From positions 1,344,001-1,408,000 of the forward strand of contig CP136572.1 of the NCBI GenBank assembly GCA_035193785.1: DNA of 64,000 nucleotides, in the 5' to 3' direction. This document shows positions 19,303 to 30,090 of the stretch, piece after piece. Within the stretch, counting starts at the first letter, position 1. Each line of letters opens with the position of its first letter. The notes beneath the pieces are model-generated. The model had not been told where the DNA came from. It searched no databases and saw only the letters and a list, made by a program, of their open reading frames with translations. This DNA is from Planktothrix sp. GU0601_MAG3 (lineage in GTDB: Bacteria; Cyanobacteriota; Cyanobacteriia; Cyanobacteriales; Microcoleaceae). A program made the position numbers and the translations under genes.

Positions 19303-21266
19303 ATGAACGCTGTTTCTGTACAAAACTGGCAAAAAGCCAACCAAGAATCCCTAATGGTGGCACTGGCTCAAGTGCGACTGGTACTGGAATGGAAGGCTGG
19401 CCAAGACGGTCAAACTCCAAAGCCAACGGCCACTTCCGAACCATCGGATCATTCATCTCTACAACAGATCTGTCGGGTCTTTGGCTTGTCCACCTTTGAA
19501 CGGGACTTACTGATGATCTGTGCAGGTATGGAATTAGATGCCAGTTTTGCCAGCCTGTGCGCCCTAGCTCAAGGGGACTCGCAAAAACTTTATCCCACCT
19601 TTAGTTTAGCCCTCAGTAGCCTCGATAATCCCCATTGGAACGCCCTCACCCCCACGGCTCCCCTACGACACTGGCGATTAATTGAGATTGGTAGTGGATC
19701 AGCACTTACCCAGAGTCCCCTCCGCATTGACGAGCGCATCCTGCATTATTTGGTGGGAGTACAGCACTTAGATGAGCGACTGATGGGGATAATAGAGCCA
19801 CTAAAAGGAGAAAATAAATTAGTTCCTTCTCACCAACAGTTAGCTAAACAGTTAGCAGAAACCCTGTCTCAGAGTGCCGGAAACGACATTGTACCAGCCG
19901 TGCAACTCTGTGGGGAAGATACCAGTAGCAAACGGGCGATCGCCCTATCCGCCTGCCAAATATTGGGACTGGATGCCCATTTACTCAGGGCTGATCACTT
20001 ACCCAGCAACCGAAACGAACTTTCTCAACTGCTGCGGTTATGGGATCGAGAAGCGGTTTTGTGTAATAGTGCCTTAGTGTTGGACTGCGACGAAGTTGAC
20101 GGTTTCAGATCGGGACGGAAATGCTGTCGCCCAGATCATTGAACAAATTAACAGTCCTCTGATTATCACCACACGAGATCGGATTAGTCAGAGACAGCGC
20201 CCGTTAGTGAATTTTGAAGTTAGCAAGCCTACCCACTCAGAACAATACCTATTATGGGAGGAGGCACTGGTGATGGAGCGTCGGGAGTTGCCGGAGATTA
20301 TAGAACACCTAGTCGGACAATTTAATCTGAATGCCCCCGCCATTGCTGCGGCTTGTGCCAGTACCCTCGGACAAATGGGGCTAAGTGAGGATTATGATCA
20401 GCTAAATAATACTTTATGGGAGGCTTGTCGCGCCCAAGCTCGTCCCCGCATGGAGGATTTAGCCCAACGAATTGAACCGAGTGCGAGTTGGGAGGATTTG
20501 GTATTACCTGAAATGCAGTCACAAACTCTGAAAGCGGTGATTGCCCATGTTCGCCAGCGTGTTAAGGTTTATCAAGGTTGGGGGTTTGCGAAAAAAGGCG
20601 GACGGGGTTTAGGAATTAGCGCGTTATTTGCTGGCCCTAGTGGGACGGGAAAAACCACGGCGGCGGAAGTGATGGCTCAGGAGTTAAATTTAGATTTATA
20701 TCGGATTGATCTGAGTTCGGTGGTGAGTAAATATATTGGGGAAACGGAGAAGAATTTGCGACGGGTTTTTGATGCGGCGGAAACGGGTGGGGCGATTTTA
20801 CTTTTTGATGAAGCGGATGCTTTATTTGGAAAACGTTTCTGATGTGAAAGATTCCCATGACCGCCATGCAAATATTGAGGTTAGTTATTTATTACAACGG
20901 ATGGAAGCTTATGGAGGGTTAGCAATTTTAACTACGAATTTAAAGGGGGCATTAGATAGTGCATTTTTGCGAAGAATTCGGTTTGTAGTGCAGTTTCCGT
21001 TTCCTGATGTGACCCAACGGGCTGAAATTTGGCGTCGGATTTTTCCCAAGGAAATGCCATTAGAAGGGGTGGATGTGAATAAATTAGCTAAACTGAGTGT
21101 AGCCGGGGGGAATATTCGTAATATTGCTATGAATGCTGCTTTTTTGGCGGCGGATTCTAATGAAGCTGTGACGATGAAACATTTATTAAATGCGGCTCGT
21201 AGTGAAAGTATGAAGATGGAAAAACCGTTAACGGACACGGAGGTTAAAGGATGGGTTAGTCCTTAA
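19303..21266 (+). CDS. eCIS AAA+ ATPase (Pvc15/Afp15-like), ~653 aa after corrections at 20102 and 20835
   Basis: Walker A GPSGTGKT, DLSSVVSKYIGETEKNL, Walker B LLFDEADALFGKRS, DRHANIEVSYLLQRME, LDSAFLRRIRF. Confidence 0.92.
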
Positions 21267-21404
21267 AACAGTATATTACAAAAATCCCAGGGGGAAAAGT
21301 GCGCCTTTCCCCTACACTGGGATGGAGATATTTTTTGGGATAAATATATACTATTCATTGAGATTTGCTATATTCAGCCCGGCATTAAAATTAAAAAATT
21401 AACT

Positions 21405-23805
21405 TTAAAATGGCATTTTCCAGACTTTTATAGCATTCTTATCTCCTCCAGCAACCAGAAATTTATTATCAGGAGTAAAAGCTACAGACTGTACATAAGA
21501 AGATGGAAAAGAAAGAGTAGCGAGTTCTTGAGCTTGTTTAAAATCCCAAATTCTAACTTTTCCATCATCAGCACCACTCACTAGAAATTGAGAATCTGAA
21601 GTTATAGCTAAGGATGTAACAGCTTGAGTGTAACCTGTTAGTTGATATTTGAATTTACCTGAATTTAAGTCCCATATTTTAATCGTTTTATCATTGCTTC
21701 CAGAGATTAATAATTGATTATCTGGACTAATCACAATGGCTCGAATAATGTCTTTGTGTCCTTGATCTTTGTCTAAAGTACGAATTTCTTTTCGCGTCTT
21801 ATAGTCATAAATTCTCAAAACTTTATCATCTCCCCCACTGACTAACCATTTTTCATTGGGACTTAATGCAAGAGAATTAATCTTTTTAGTTGGGGTTGGG
21901 ATTGTGTCAATTAGTCTACCTGTCTTCTGATCCCAAAAGGTGATAGGAGTATTTTCTCCAGCACTAATCAAAATTTGTCCTGTCGAATCATAAACAAGAC
22001 TGCGAATATTGCTATCATTAGGAATTGGAAAAGTCTCAAATTTCCCAAAATTTAAGTCCAAAATTTTTAAGGATTTCACTCCCCCAATTGCTAAGTTGTT
22101 TTTATTAGGATTAAATACAACCGTATATACCTGATCTTGATTATCAAACTTTCTTTCTTCTTGGACTTGTTTGAAAGTAGAAATTTTGACTATATTCTTG
22201 TCACCTCCACTTGCTATCCTGTCTCCATTAGGACTAATAGCAATTTTATAAACCAGACTATTTCCAGAATCCTGTAAACTACTAAGTACAGGAAAGATTG
22301 CTTTATCTTCTAAAAAATTTTTGATTATTTTTCGTCTTGACTCAGCTTGAGACAAATAATCTTTATACTCAGATTTTTTTGAAGAATGTTGAATAAATTG
22401 TTGATAAATCTGATCAGAAAGTTTTAAATTCAACATCTGATCTTTATTGGATTTTATAGCTAAATCAAAATAAGTATTAGCTAATTCCATTTCAGCTTCT
22501 ATATACTGTTTATCTTGGTTTAAAACTTTCTTAAAATCATTTATAGCTTTCTCAAAATCATTTTTCTGATGATAGGTTTTACCCCGTTGATAATAAACTT
22601 CTACAAATTCAGGATTACGGTTAACTTCTTGATTGTAAGAATTAATTGCTTGATCCAGGTTGTTTTGGTAATAATAAGCTAATCCTTGATTGTAAGAAAG
22701 TTCTGGATAATTAGAATCGTTTTTTTGCGCTTCATTAAAACTCTTAATTGCTGCTTCATAGTTTCCTAAATTAAGCTCCGCTAATCCTTCTTTATAATAA
22801 GGTTCAGCTAAAGAAAAAGAACTCTTTTCTTTTTGATTCAAATCAATCACTTTCTCAAAATCACGAATTGCATCTTTATATTTTCCTAATTCAGCTTTAA
22901 TTGAAACCCCTCAGTAGAAAAGCATCTTGAGAGGTCGAATCTTTTTTAATCGCCATATCTAAATCTTTGATAGCATTGAGATAATCCAGTTTTGATAAAT
23001 AAACAACCGCTCGATACAGATAAGATTGATAAACTTCAGGACTCCGCTTTATAGCGTCACTAAAATCTCTATAAGCAGCTTCATAATTTCCTGTTTTTAT
23101 ATAAAACCATCCCCTTAATATTCTAGGATCAACATAAAGTTTAGGATTATTAATATGATCTTTAAGTTTAGGTTGAGAGCCTGATATTGCTATATTAAAA
23201 TCTTTTAAAGCATCTTCATCTTCATAATCATCTGAGTTATAGTAGGCAAAACCTCTTTGAGCATAGGCTTCTGAAAACTGATCATCAAAAGTTAAAGCTC
23301 TGGTAAAATATTTGGCAGCCTTTTCATATTCTTGGTCTTCTAATGCCTTTTGACCTGCTTGATAGAGTTGAAATACTTTAAGATCTTGGTTAGAGGATTT
23401 ATTCTCATTGTTAACAATCTTAAACAAGTTAACTTCTTGGATATTAACAGGAATGTTAACATTTAAAAACCCAACTTGTATCGAAGGAATCTTAACTGCT
23501 GTAAAACTTATATTCATATCTCCCCGGAAGTTAGAAAAATCTTTATTTGGGGAACCTGAATTTTTAAATTGGTTTAAATAAAAAACAAATTCATTACCAA
23601 GAAAAGGACTAATCGATTTTATGTCTTCTTGAGATCGGACATTTTTGAGATTTTCTTTTAAAAGTGATGGGTTTGAAGATAGATTTAATTCCTTATTTTG
23701 AGATAAACTTTGAGCAAAAGCAACAGAACTTAAATCAGATAAGCTAATCAAAGAAATTAATAAAGAAATTAATAATAATTTTAAGAATCGATAGAGATTA
23801 GTCAT
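21405..23805 (-). CDS. Secreted/membrane-anchored TPR + WD40 repeat protein (~799 aa after correction at 22903)
   Basis: Hydrophobic N-terminus, TPR motifs (AYAQRGFAYY, YYQRGKTY), C-terminal WD40 blades (LVSGGDDKVLRIYD, LISGSNDKTIKIWD). AT-rich. Confidence 0.85.
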
Positions 23806-24476
23806 AGCGGTAACTGGTTTATAGTGCAATGCTTCGCTAATTATAGTGGGTTTAGTGCGATGACTCTCCTGATGTTATATAAAAATTAACATCGGTAGAG
23901 CTTGGTAACAGGAAAAGAAGTGGGAGCGTTTTCCCTCGCTATAGTGATAGACAAGCCAATATATTGTCCTGTGGGAAAATGGGCGATCGCGTAGCCATAG
24001 CCCTTTAACATCTCAATTTTTGTGGATGTGAGTGGAGATCTGATTCAAGATAGCGAAGCCGAGATATGGATGATCAGAGGGAGGGGAGTTAGCGATCGCC
24101 AACTTCCTCTTGATTCAATTTTTGAACATAAGGCGACCTGAACAAAAATCAATTCCAAAATCCGATAGCCACTCCCCCCAAAAGTGGTGTTGATTTTCCC
24201 ATTTGTCCGTGAGTCCTAAAAAATGTAATGCTTCATGGCAAAGAATCGAGTTAAATTATATACAACAGGTGCATTAATCAAACTGACTCAGAACCTCCAC
24301 CGGGAGAATTCATCCCCTATAACTTGAATTCACCGAGGAAAGGGTCAAGAGCCAAGAGGTATACCCCTATTCCCCGTTTCCTGTTCCCCGTCCCCTGTCC
24401 CCCCTTCCCCAATATTTGTCCGTCCTAGGTTGAGAAATTTGACCCCAATTTTAAACCCTGTCGATTAAAAAGGAGT

Positions 24477-25187
24477 ATGCAGCTAATGGCTTCAAGCACC
24501 GCCCCTCAACATCCTGTTGGGCATCAGTCCAAACTCAAAATAAGTAATTCTAAAGCCCATAATCATTATCGATTTCAAGATTTCTTCAGCTTTGATCCCT
24601 CTATGGGTACGGTCACAGACTGGAATCAAATGCGAAACATTTTTACCAGTGAAGATTTTATCATCGGTTTGGTCGAAGGATTAGAGGAAGAAGTCGGTAG
24701 CGCCTCCTCGGTGATTATGTATACCATTGGCAAGGAATGGGGCGTTAAGGATGCTATCTTTTTCCAGCAGTGGTATGAGGCCGAATTTGGTCAAAGTATT
24801 CGACAGTCTAACCTGATGTTTCTCCTGGAAACTTGGTGGTGGCCCTTCACCGCCCAAGGTTGGGGACGCTGGGAAGTGGACATGAGCGATCGCAAACATG
24901 GCTGTATCTTTATTAACCTATTTGACTCAGCCGTTGCCCGGACATTAGGCGATGTGGGAAAACCCGTTTGTCATATCTATGCTGGATTATTTGCCGGATT
25001 TTTTAGCAATTTGGTTAAAAAAAGCCTAAGTTGTATTGAACTGCAATGTTATTCCATGGGAGAAACCTATTGTAAGTTTCTGTTGGGAAATCCAGACCGG
25101 ATAGATGCTGCGGGTTTTTGGCTGAATGAAGGAGCCACGGCCAGGGATATTCAGCGAAAATTACAGGATGGGGTTGTATTGCGATGA
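24477..25187 (+). CDS. V4R (4-vinyl reductase-like) domain protein, Slr0144-like
   Basis: GWGRWE...DSAVARTLG..GKPVCHIYAGLFAGFFS......SCIELQCYSMG...CKF. Confidence 0.88.
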   Translation: MQLMASSTAPQHPVGHQSKLKISNSKAHNHYRFQDFFSFDPSMGTVTDWNQMRNIFTSEDFIIGLVEGLEEEVGSASSVIMYTIGKEWGVKDAIFFQQWYEAEFGQSIRQSNLMFLLETWWWPFTAQGWGRWEVDMSDRKHGCIFINLFDSAVARTLGDVGKPVCHIYAGLFAGFFSNLVKKSLSCIELQCYSMGETYCKFLLGNPDRIDAAGFWLNEGATARDIQRKLQDGVVLR

Positions 25188-25450
25188 ACAATTCCCCGGG
25201 TTGGCTCAGTGAGTCTGTTCAAGACTTTTTCAGCAACTTAAACTGGTTGGGTACGCCCATCAGGGTAGAACAGAGTCATAATACTGCTTCATCACAGTCC
25301 GATTTAACCCTATCCGTCGCTGATTTTTTTCAACGGATTGATTGGGAAGGAGTTCCCCAGGTGGGAGTTATGCCGATTGTGCCTGCTGTGGCTTCTAATA
25401 CCCCGGATCAACCTGATGTCACCATCGACGATTTAATGGGTTTATTTTAA
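25184..25450 (+). CDS. Small hypothetical protein of the Pap-like cluster
   Basis: ATGA overlap with the V4R gene; internal duplication SVQDFFSNLNW / SVADFFQRIDW. Confidence 0.7.
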   Translation: MNNSPGWLSESVQDFFSNLNWLGTPIRVEQSHNTASSQSDLTLSVADFFQRIDWEGVPQVGVMPIVPAVASNTPDQPDVTIDDLMGLF

Positions 25451-25632
25451 ATCAGTTTTCAGTCATCAGTTATCAGTCATCAGTGTAGGAGCTAAGATTA
25501 GATACGTACTAATTACTGCACGAATTCATGCCTTATACTATTCTTGCCCCGTTAATCAACTGATAACTGGTACGGGAGGGTTCTTTTAGATATGAGTTAA
25601 TCACCGCGCATCTCGATGAACCCGCCCCTACA

Positions 25633-25690
25633 ACTGATAACTGATAACTGATAACTGATAACTGATAACTATTTACTGATTACTGATTAC
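25633..25690. repeat. Heptamer tandem repeat (CTGATAA)n
   Basis: Directly visible; the inverse form (tcagtca/ttatcag) occurs at ~25459-25484. Confidence 0.85.
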
Positions 25691-25691
25691 C

Positions 25692-26153
25692 ATGCAAGCT
25701 GAATTAAATGAATTATTAGTCAAAGCGGAAAGTAGCTATCTTCAAACCGAAGAATTGCTGGGTTTTAAGAACTATTCAGAAACCTTAGCCCAACGATTAA
25801 AAATTTATGAATTTCTTCGGGATCGAGAACTGGTTATTTTTCAGCCCATTGCCGATCAAATTTTAGTGATATTTCCCCAGGAAAAACAGGAACGTTTAGA
25901 ACAGATTTTACAACAATGGATTCTGATTTTGCGCCATAGTGCGATGGCGATGTTATTAAATGATTCAGAATACCTTCAGCGACGAGTGATTGATTGGTTA
26001 TTAGGTATAGTTCAAGCCCATAATAGTCAAGATATTGATACTCAAGTCTACCAGTTGCTGAATACCCGTCTAAATGAATTACTCTCGCCAAAGGCCATGG
26101 TTTTTATCCAACCATTCCTAGAACAAGTGAAAAGTTCCCTGCTAAAACCTTGA
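25692..26153 (+). CDS. Phycobiliprotein/globin-like fold protein (Slr0146/Slr0149-like)
   Basis: AESSYLQTEEL...RLKIYE.LRDRE...ILRHSAMAMLLNDSEYLQ.R+..W; paralogous to 28286-28768. Confidence 0.75.
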   Translation: MQAELNELLVKAESSYLQTEELLGFKNYSETLAQRLKIYEFLRDRELVIFQPIADQILVIFPQEKQERLEQILQQWILILRHSAMAMLLNDSEYLQRRVIDWLLGIVQAHNSQDIDTQVYQLLNTRLNELLSPKAMVFIQPFLEQVKSSLLKP

Positions 26154-26270
26154 ATCAAAAAGAGTTAATCAATTCTGATTGGCACTTTTATAGAAACCCC
26201 TGTAAAAAATATCTGTTCATCACAACCGTTATCGGTTAACTATCAGCCGTCAATATCACCTATTTTAATC

Positions 26271-26936
26271 ATGATTGAAATCAACAATTTACTCATTAAA
26301 CCTCAACTTCCGGGTAACTATTTTGCCTATGATGCCTATGTGAAAGGGGATCTGGAATTGGGCCTACTAGAAAATCGCCTCGGAGGTCGTCTGCTGGGTC
26401 TTCCCTCAACCTTCCTGGAAGCAATTTATACTGGATTAGAACAGGAAACTGGTCAAGCCGCCCGCTTAGTCTTATTTAATTGTGGTCGCTGGTGGGGAAA
26501 AAATTTTTATGTCCGTTTTTGTGAAGAAATCAGCGAGTATTATGACAAAACTGTGGCGCAAATGGAAATGATCGAATTAATTCAATGTTTACAACAATGT
26601 TGGAAAACCCATGGTTGGGGAACATTTGATTTAGATGCCCAACATACTAACACGGGATTTTTGATTCTGACTACCAAAAATTCACCTTTTGCTAGTGTTG
26701 CTAAGGGCTGGAACCGACCCGTTTGTTTTTTGGAAGCTGGAATTTTTAGCTCCTTTTTTAGTCAATTAACCGGACGAGACCTCTATTCTATTCAAACAAC
26801 CTGTGAGTCAATGGGTGCAGATTCTAACCAATTTATTCTCGGTTTGAGTAATCGTTTACAATCGGTCGAAGCTTTAGTAGATCAAGGGAAAGATCATGAA
26901 ACTATTCTGAAAACACTGATATCAAATATTAATTAG
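26271..26936 (+). CDS. V4R domain protein, Slr0147-like
   Basis: GLLENR.G.RL..LP...CGRWWGKNFY...WKTHGWG...PVCFLEAGIFSSFFSQLTGRDL...QTTCESMG. Confidence 0.88.
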   Translation: MIEINNLLIKPQLPGNYFAYDAYVKGDLELGLLENRLGGRLLGLPSTFLEAIYTGLEQETGQAARLVLFNCGRWWGKNFYVRFCEEISEYYDKTVAQMEMIELIQCLQQCWKTHGWGTFDLDAQHTNTGFLILTTKNSPFASVAKGWNRPVCFLEAGIFSSFFSQLTGRDLYSIQTTCESMGADSNQFILGLSNRLQSVEALVDQGKDHETILKTLISNIN

Positions 26937-27107
26937 TCATTGGTAAACCAATAACTCACGCAAACTCACCAATAGCCTGATCATAATATTCCCTAAGTTT
27001 TTGGTAAGTCCCTACACTGATAACTGATTACTGATTAAAGGCATTTATAAAAATATTCAAAGGAGATTGTTTGGGCTCATTGGAGACTCTCAACTTAGGT
27101 TTAACCC

Positions 27108-28269
27108 ATGGATGCGATTGAACTACTGAGTCGATATGGAGATGGAGAACGGGATTTTAAGGGTGCGAATCTGCGGGGTATGATTCTGAGTACCAATTCT
27201 TATCGACCCAATACCATACAAACTATGGGTTTAGCTAATATTCGAGAACCCCAAAATCGACCGCATTTAATTGGTGTCGATTTAAGTAATGCTGACTTAA
27301 GCGGAGCCCATCTCAGTTTAGTTAATCTCAGTAAAGCTAATTTGACTGGAGCCAATTTAACCGGGGCTAATCTCAGTGGAGCTAGTCTCAGTGGTACGAT
27401 TCTGACTGGTGCTAACCTGGGTCGGGTTAACCTCGAGGGCGCCCACCTGAATTGGGCAAATTTGCAAGAGGCGGATCTGAATAATTGCAATCTCAAAGGT
27501 GCTGATTTTAGTTTCGGCAATTCTCATGGAAGCTATTTTGACTCAAGCCTCCTTAGTTAAAGCCTATTTAATTAAGGCAAATCTTCGCCAAGCTATCTTG
27601 ATAAATACGGATTTAACTCAAGCTAATTTGAAAGAGGTAGACTTATCCGGTGCAAATTTGACTCAAGCTATTATTGTCCGAGCTAATTTAAGTGGGGCTA
27701 ATTTGCAGGGGGCTGATTTAACCAAGGCCCAAATGTTAAAAACCAATTTAAGACAAGCTGATTTAACCGATGCTTTTCTTAATTCTGCAACTTTATTAGA
27801 AGCCGATCTAAATGAAGCTAACTTAACCCGTGCTAATCTGAGTAAAGCTAATTTGAGCAAAACTTATCTGAGGAATGTCTGTTTAAATGGTGCCCATTTA
27901 AGTGGAATCAATTTAAGTGGGGCTGATTTGGGTGGCATTGATTTAAGACAAAAATTATTAACGGGAATTAATTTAGCGGGGGCTTATTTGAGCGAAGCCA
28001 ATTTAGAGGGAGCTTTATTAATGGATGCTAACTTAAATGCTGGTAATTTAAGTTCTGCTAACTTGAGTAAATCTTGTTTAATTAATGCCGATTTAAGAAA
28101 TACTCATTTGGGTAATGCTAACTTAGCGGATGCAAATTTAATGGGAGCTAATTTAAGTGGAGCCGATTTAAGGGGGGCAACTTTAAAAGGAGCAATTCTA
28201 GCCAATGCTGAAATTAATGGGGCAAAGTTACAAGGAGCTACATTACCAAATGGAAAAGTTTATAATTAG
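27108..28269 (+). CDS. Pentapeptide repeat protein (~386 aa after correction at 27511)
   Basis: MDAIELLSRY..GERDF.GANL start and continuous A(D/N)LxX repeats. Confidence 0.92.
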
Positions 28270-28285
28270 TCAAAATAAAAGGATA

Positions 28286-28768
28286 TTACGGTAATCTTTT
28301 TTTACATAAAATATTGGAATTTAATTCAATCAGAGGTGAAAATAGACGATTTTCTTCTGGGGTTAAATAGCCTATAATCACATCGGCCATGGTTTTATAA
28401 GTTAATTGGGTTAGGGCTTGAACTTTAAAGGCTTGTAAAATTGTCGAAAACCAAATTAATAGGCATTGTTGCAAATATTCGGGATCATCAATCAATAACG
28501 CCATGGCTAAATACCTTAAAACTCGAATTGTATCTAAACGCCATTTTGATTTTAAATTAAATGAACCTTGCATAAAGATATCTGGGTTCATTTTTTCCAA
28601 ATTCTCTTGAATTTGATTTATAATCGCTGATTCATTATTTTTGATTTTTTGATAGGCACTAATCCGATATTTAAACGTGCCAAAATAGGATCTCAAAAAA
28701 TCCAGTTCTTCTGCCGTTGCATAACGACCATCAGCTTCCACACTCAAACGTTCTAAATTAGTAAACAT
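28286..28768 (-). CDS. Phycobiliprotein/globin-like fold protein
   Basis: EADGRYATAEEL (cf. allophycocyanin AD..RY.S..EL), VLRYLAMALLIDDPEYLQ..LL.W. Confidence 0.8.
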   Translation of the reverse strand: MFTNLERLSVEADGRYATAEELDFLRSYFGTFKYRISAYQKIKNNESAIINQIQENLEKMNPDIFMQGSFNLKSKWRLDTIRVLRYLAMALLIDDPEYLQQCLLIWFSTILQAFKVQALTQLTYKTMADVIIGYLTPEENRLFSPLIELNSNILCKKRLP

Positions 28769-28916
28769 AAGTTAGTTATAGCAGGAGAAAGGCAACAGGC
28801 TACGCCGTAAGTAAGCCGTAAGCCTGGCTCACGGGTCGAACGAGGGAAAAAGACATCACCGTCTATATCAGTTATCAGCTAAGGATTAAAACCAGCTATT
28901 AACTGTCAACTCTTAT

Positions 28917-28998
28917 ACTGATAACTGTTGACTGATAACTGTTGACTGATAACTGTTGACTGATAACTGTTGACTGATAACTGATAACTGATAACTGT
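28917..28998. repeat. Tandem heptamer repeats (CTGATAA/CTGTTGA)
   Basis: Directly visible. Confidence 0.85.
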
Positions 28999-29494
28999 TT
29001 ATTGGTCATCTTTCGCATTCCGAGTTCGGGCTAAATATTCGCCCACTTGTAAACGAGTTTCTTTTAATTGATTCAGAATTGATCGAGTGATTAGTTTTCC
29101 AGTTTCAACCACAACTTGCCCAGTAATCGGATGCAGGAGTTCTTTTTCTGCTCGTCGCCCGACTAATGATTCTATATCTTCGATGGCATCAATATACATC
29201 CCAGAGGGCAATTCGACAACAATACCCTCCCCCAGAACATGAGCTTGACACGCCAAACGGGAATTGGGTTTAGCCGTTGTGATCACTTCTAGGGTTTCTT
29301 TGTTCACGACGGCTGACTTTTGATAAACCATCCATGCCATCCTGAATAAAAACATGGCAGGTGGCACACATTCCCCGCCCCCCACATTCTTTCAGGACAT
29401 GAAGTTCCTTGGTCATTAATGCCGAAAGCAAATTGGAATTAGTTTTAACTGCCATTTCTTCGGCAATCGGTTCTAGTCGAAGTATTTTAGCCAT
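28999..29494 (-). CDS. 2Fe-2S ferredoxin with C-terminal extension (Slr0148-like), ~164 aa after correction at 29294
   Basis: ECGGRGMCATCHV ... SRLACQA adrenodoxin-type motif. Confidence 0.9.
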
Positions 29495-29677
29495 TTGTAG
29501 TAAAAATTAGATTAGAGAGTCAATAGATTACAAACAATGTAGATTGCAGAAGTTAGCAGCTAGATTCAAGATTTCAGGGAGATTAACGGCCCATGATTGG
29601 GGCACATTAACACTTTCAGTATCCTTAGACACGCCTATTTTCCATCTTCCCGGTTATTTTTATAACAAATTCAGGCC

Positions 29678-29983
29678 TCAAGAACGATGGGGTTGAGCAT
29701 TAGGCTCTTGCACCCAAATTGCATAACCTTTTGGAGTTTTAGTAATGACGGTGCTATCTCCGACATGACCCAGTTTAGCAACTATTTCTAACGTTTTTTC
29801 GGCATCCTCCACCGCCTTAAAAAAACTGTAGTATTCCTGATCAACACAAACCGCAGGAATAGGTTGATCCAAATCCGGCACTTTGATCCGACAAGTGCGA
29901 TACTGGTTTTGAGATTGAATGATTTTAGTTGGGGCTGGCCCTGTGACTGGTGTTGTAGAATCTGATTCAACGGTCGAAAACAT
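29678..29983 (-). CDS. Conserved cyanobacterial hypothetical protein
   Basis: Clean ORF upstream of the ferredoxin; YRTCRIKVPD...YYSFFK...GYAIWV.EP. Confidence 0.7.
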   Translation of the reverse strand: MFSTVESDSTTPVTGPAPTKIIQSQNQYRTCRIKVPDLDQPIPAVCVDQEYYSFFKAVEDAEKTLEIVAKLGHVGDSTVITKTPKGYAIWVQEPNAQPHRS

Positions 29984-30090
29984 AAATACCCCTGGTCGAT
30001 GGATAAGGTTAATTTATCAGTAATGCCTATATTTTAGGTATACTTCAATACTATCGGCAATAGCATTAACGAGGTGGTCTAAAATACACC

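Noticed and set aside
21405..23805. TPR-WD40 protein as an eCIS component or as the Pap TPR protein
   Set aside because: It is convergent to the ATPase, has a signal-like N-terminus and a generic architecture; only proximity supports a link.
24082..24109. HIP1-centred hairpin (GAGGGGAGTT-AGCGATCGCC-AACTTCCTC) as an sRNA or riboswitch
   Set aside because: A single short stem with no other support.
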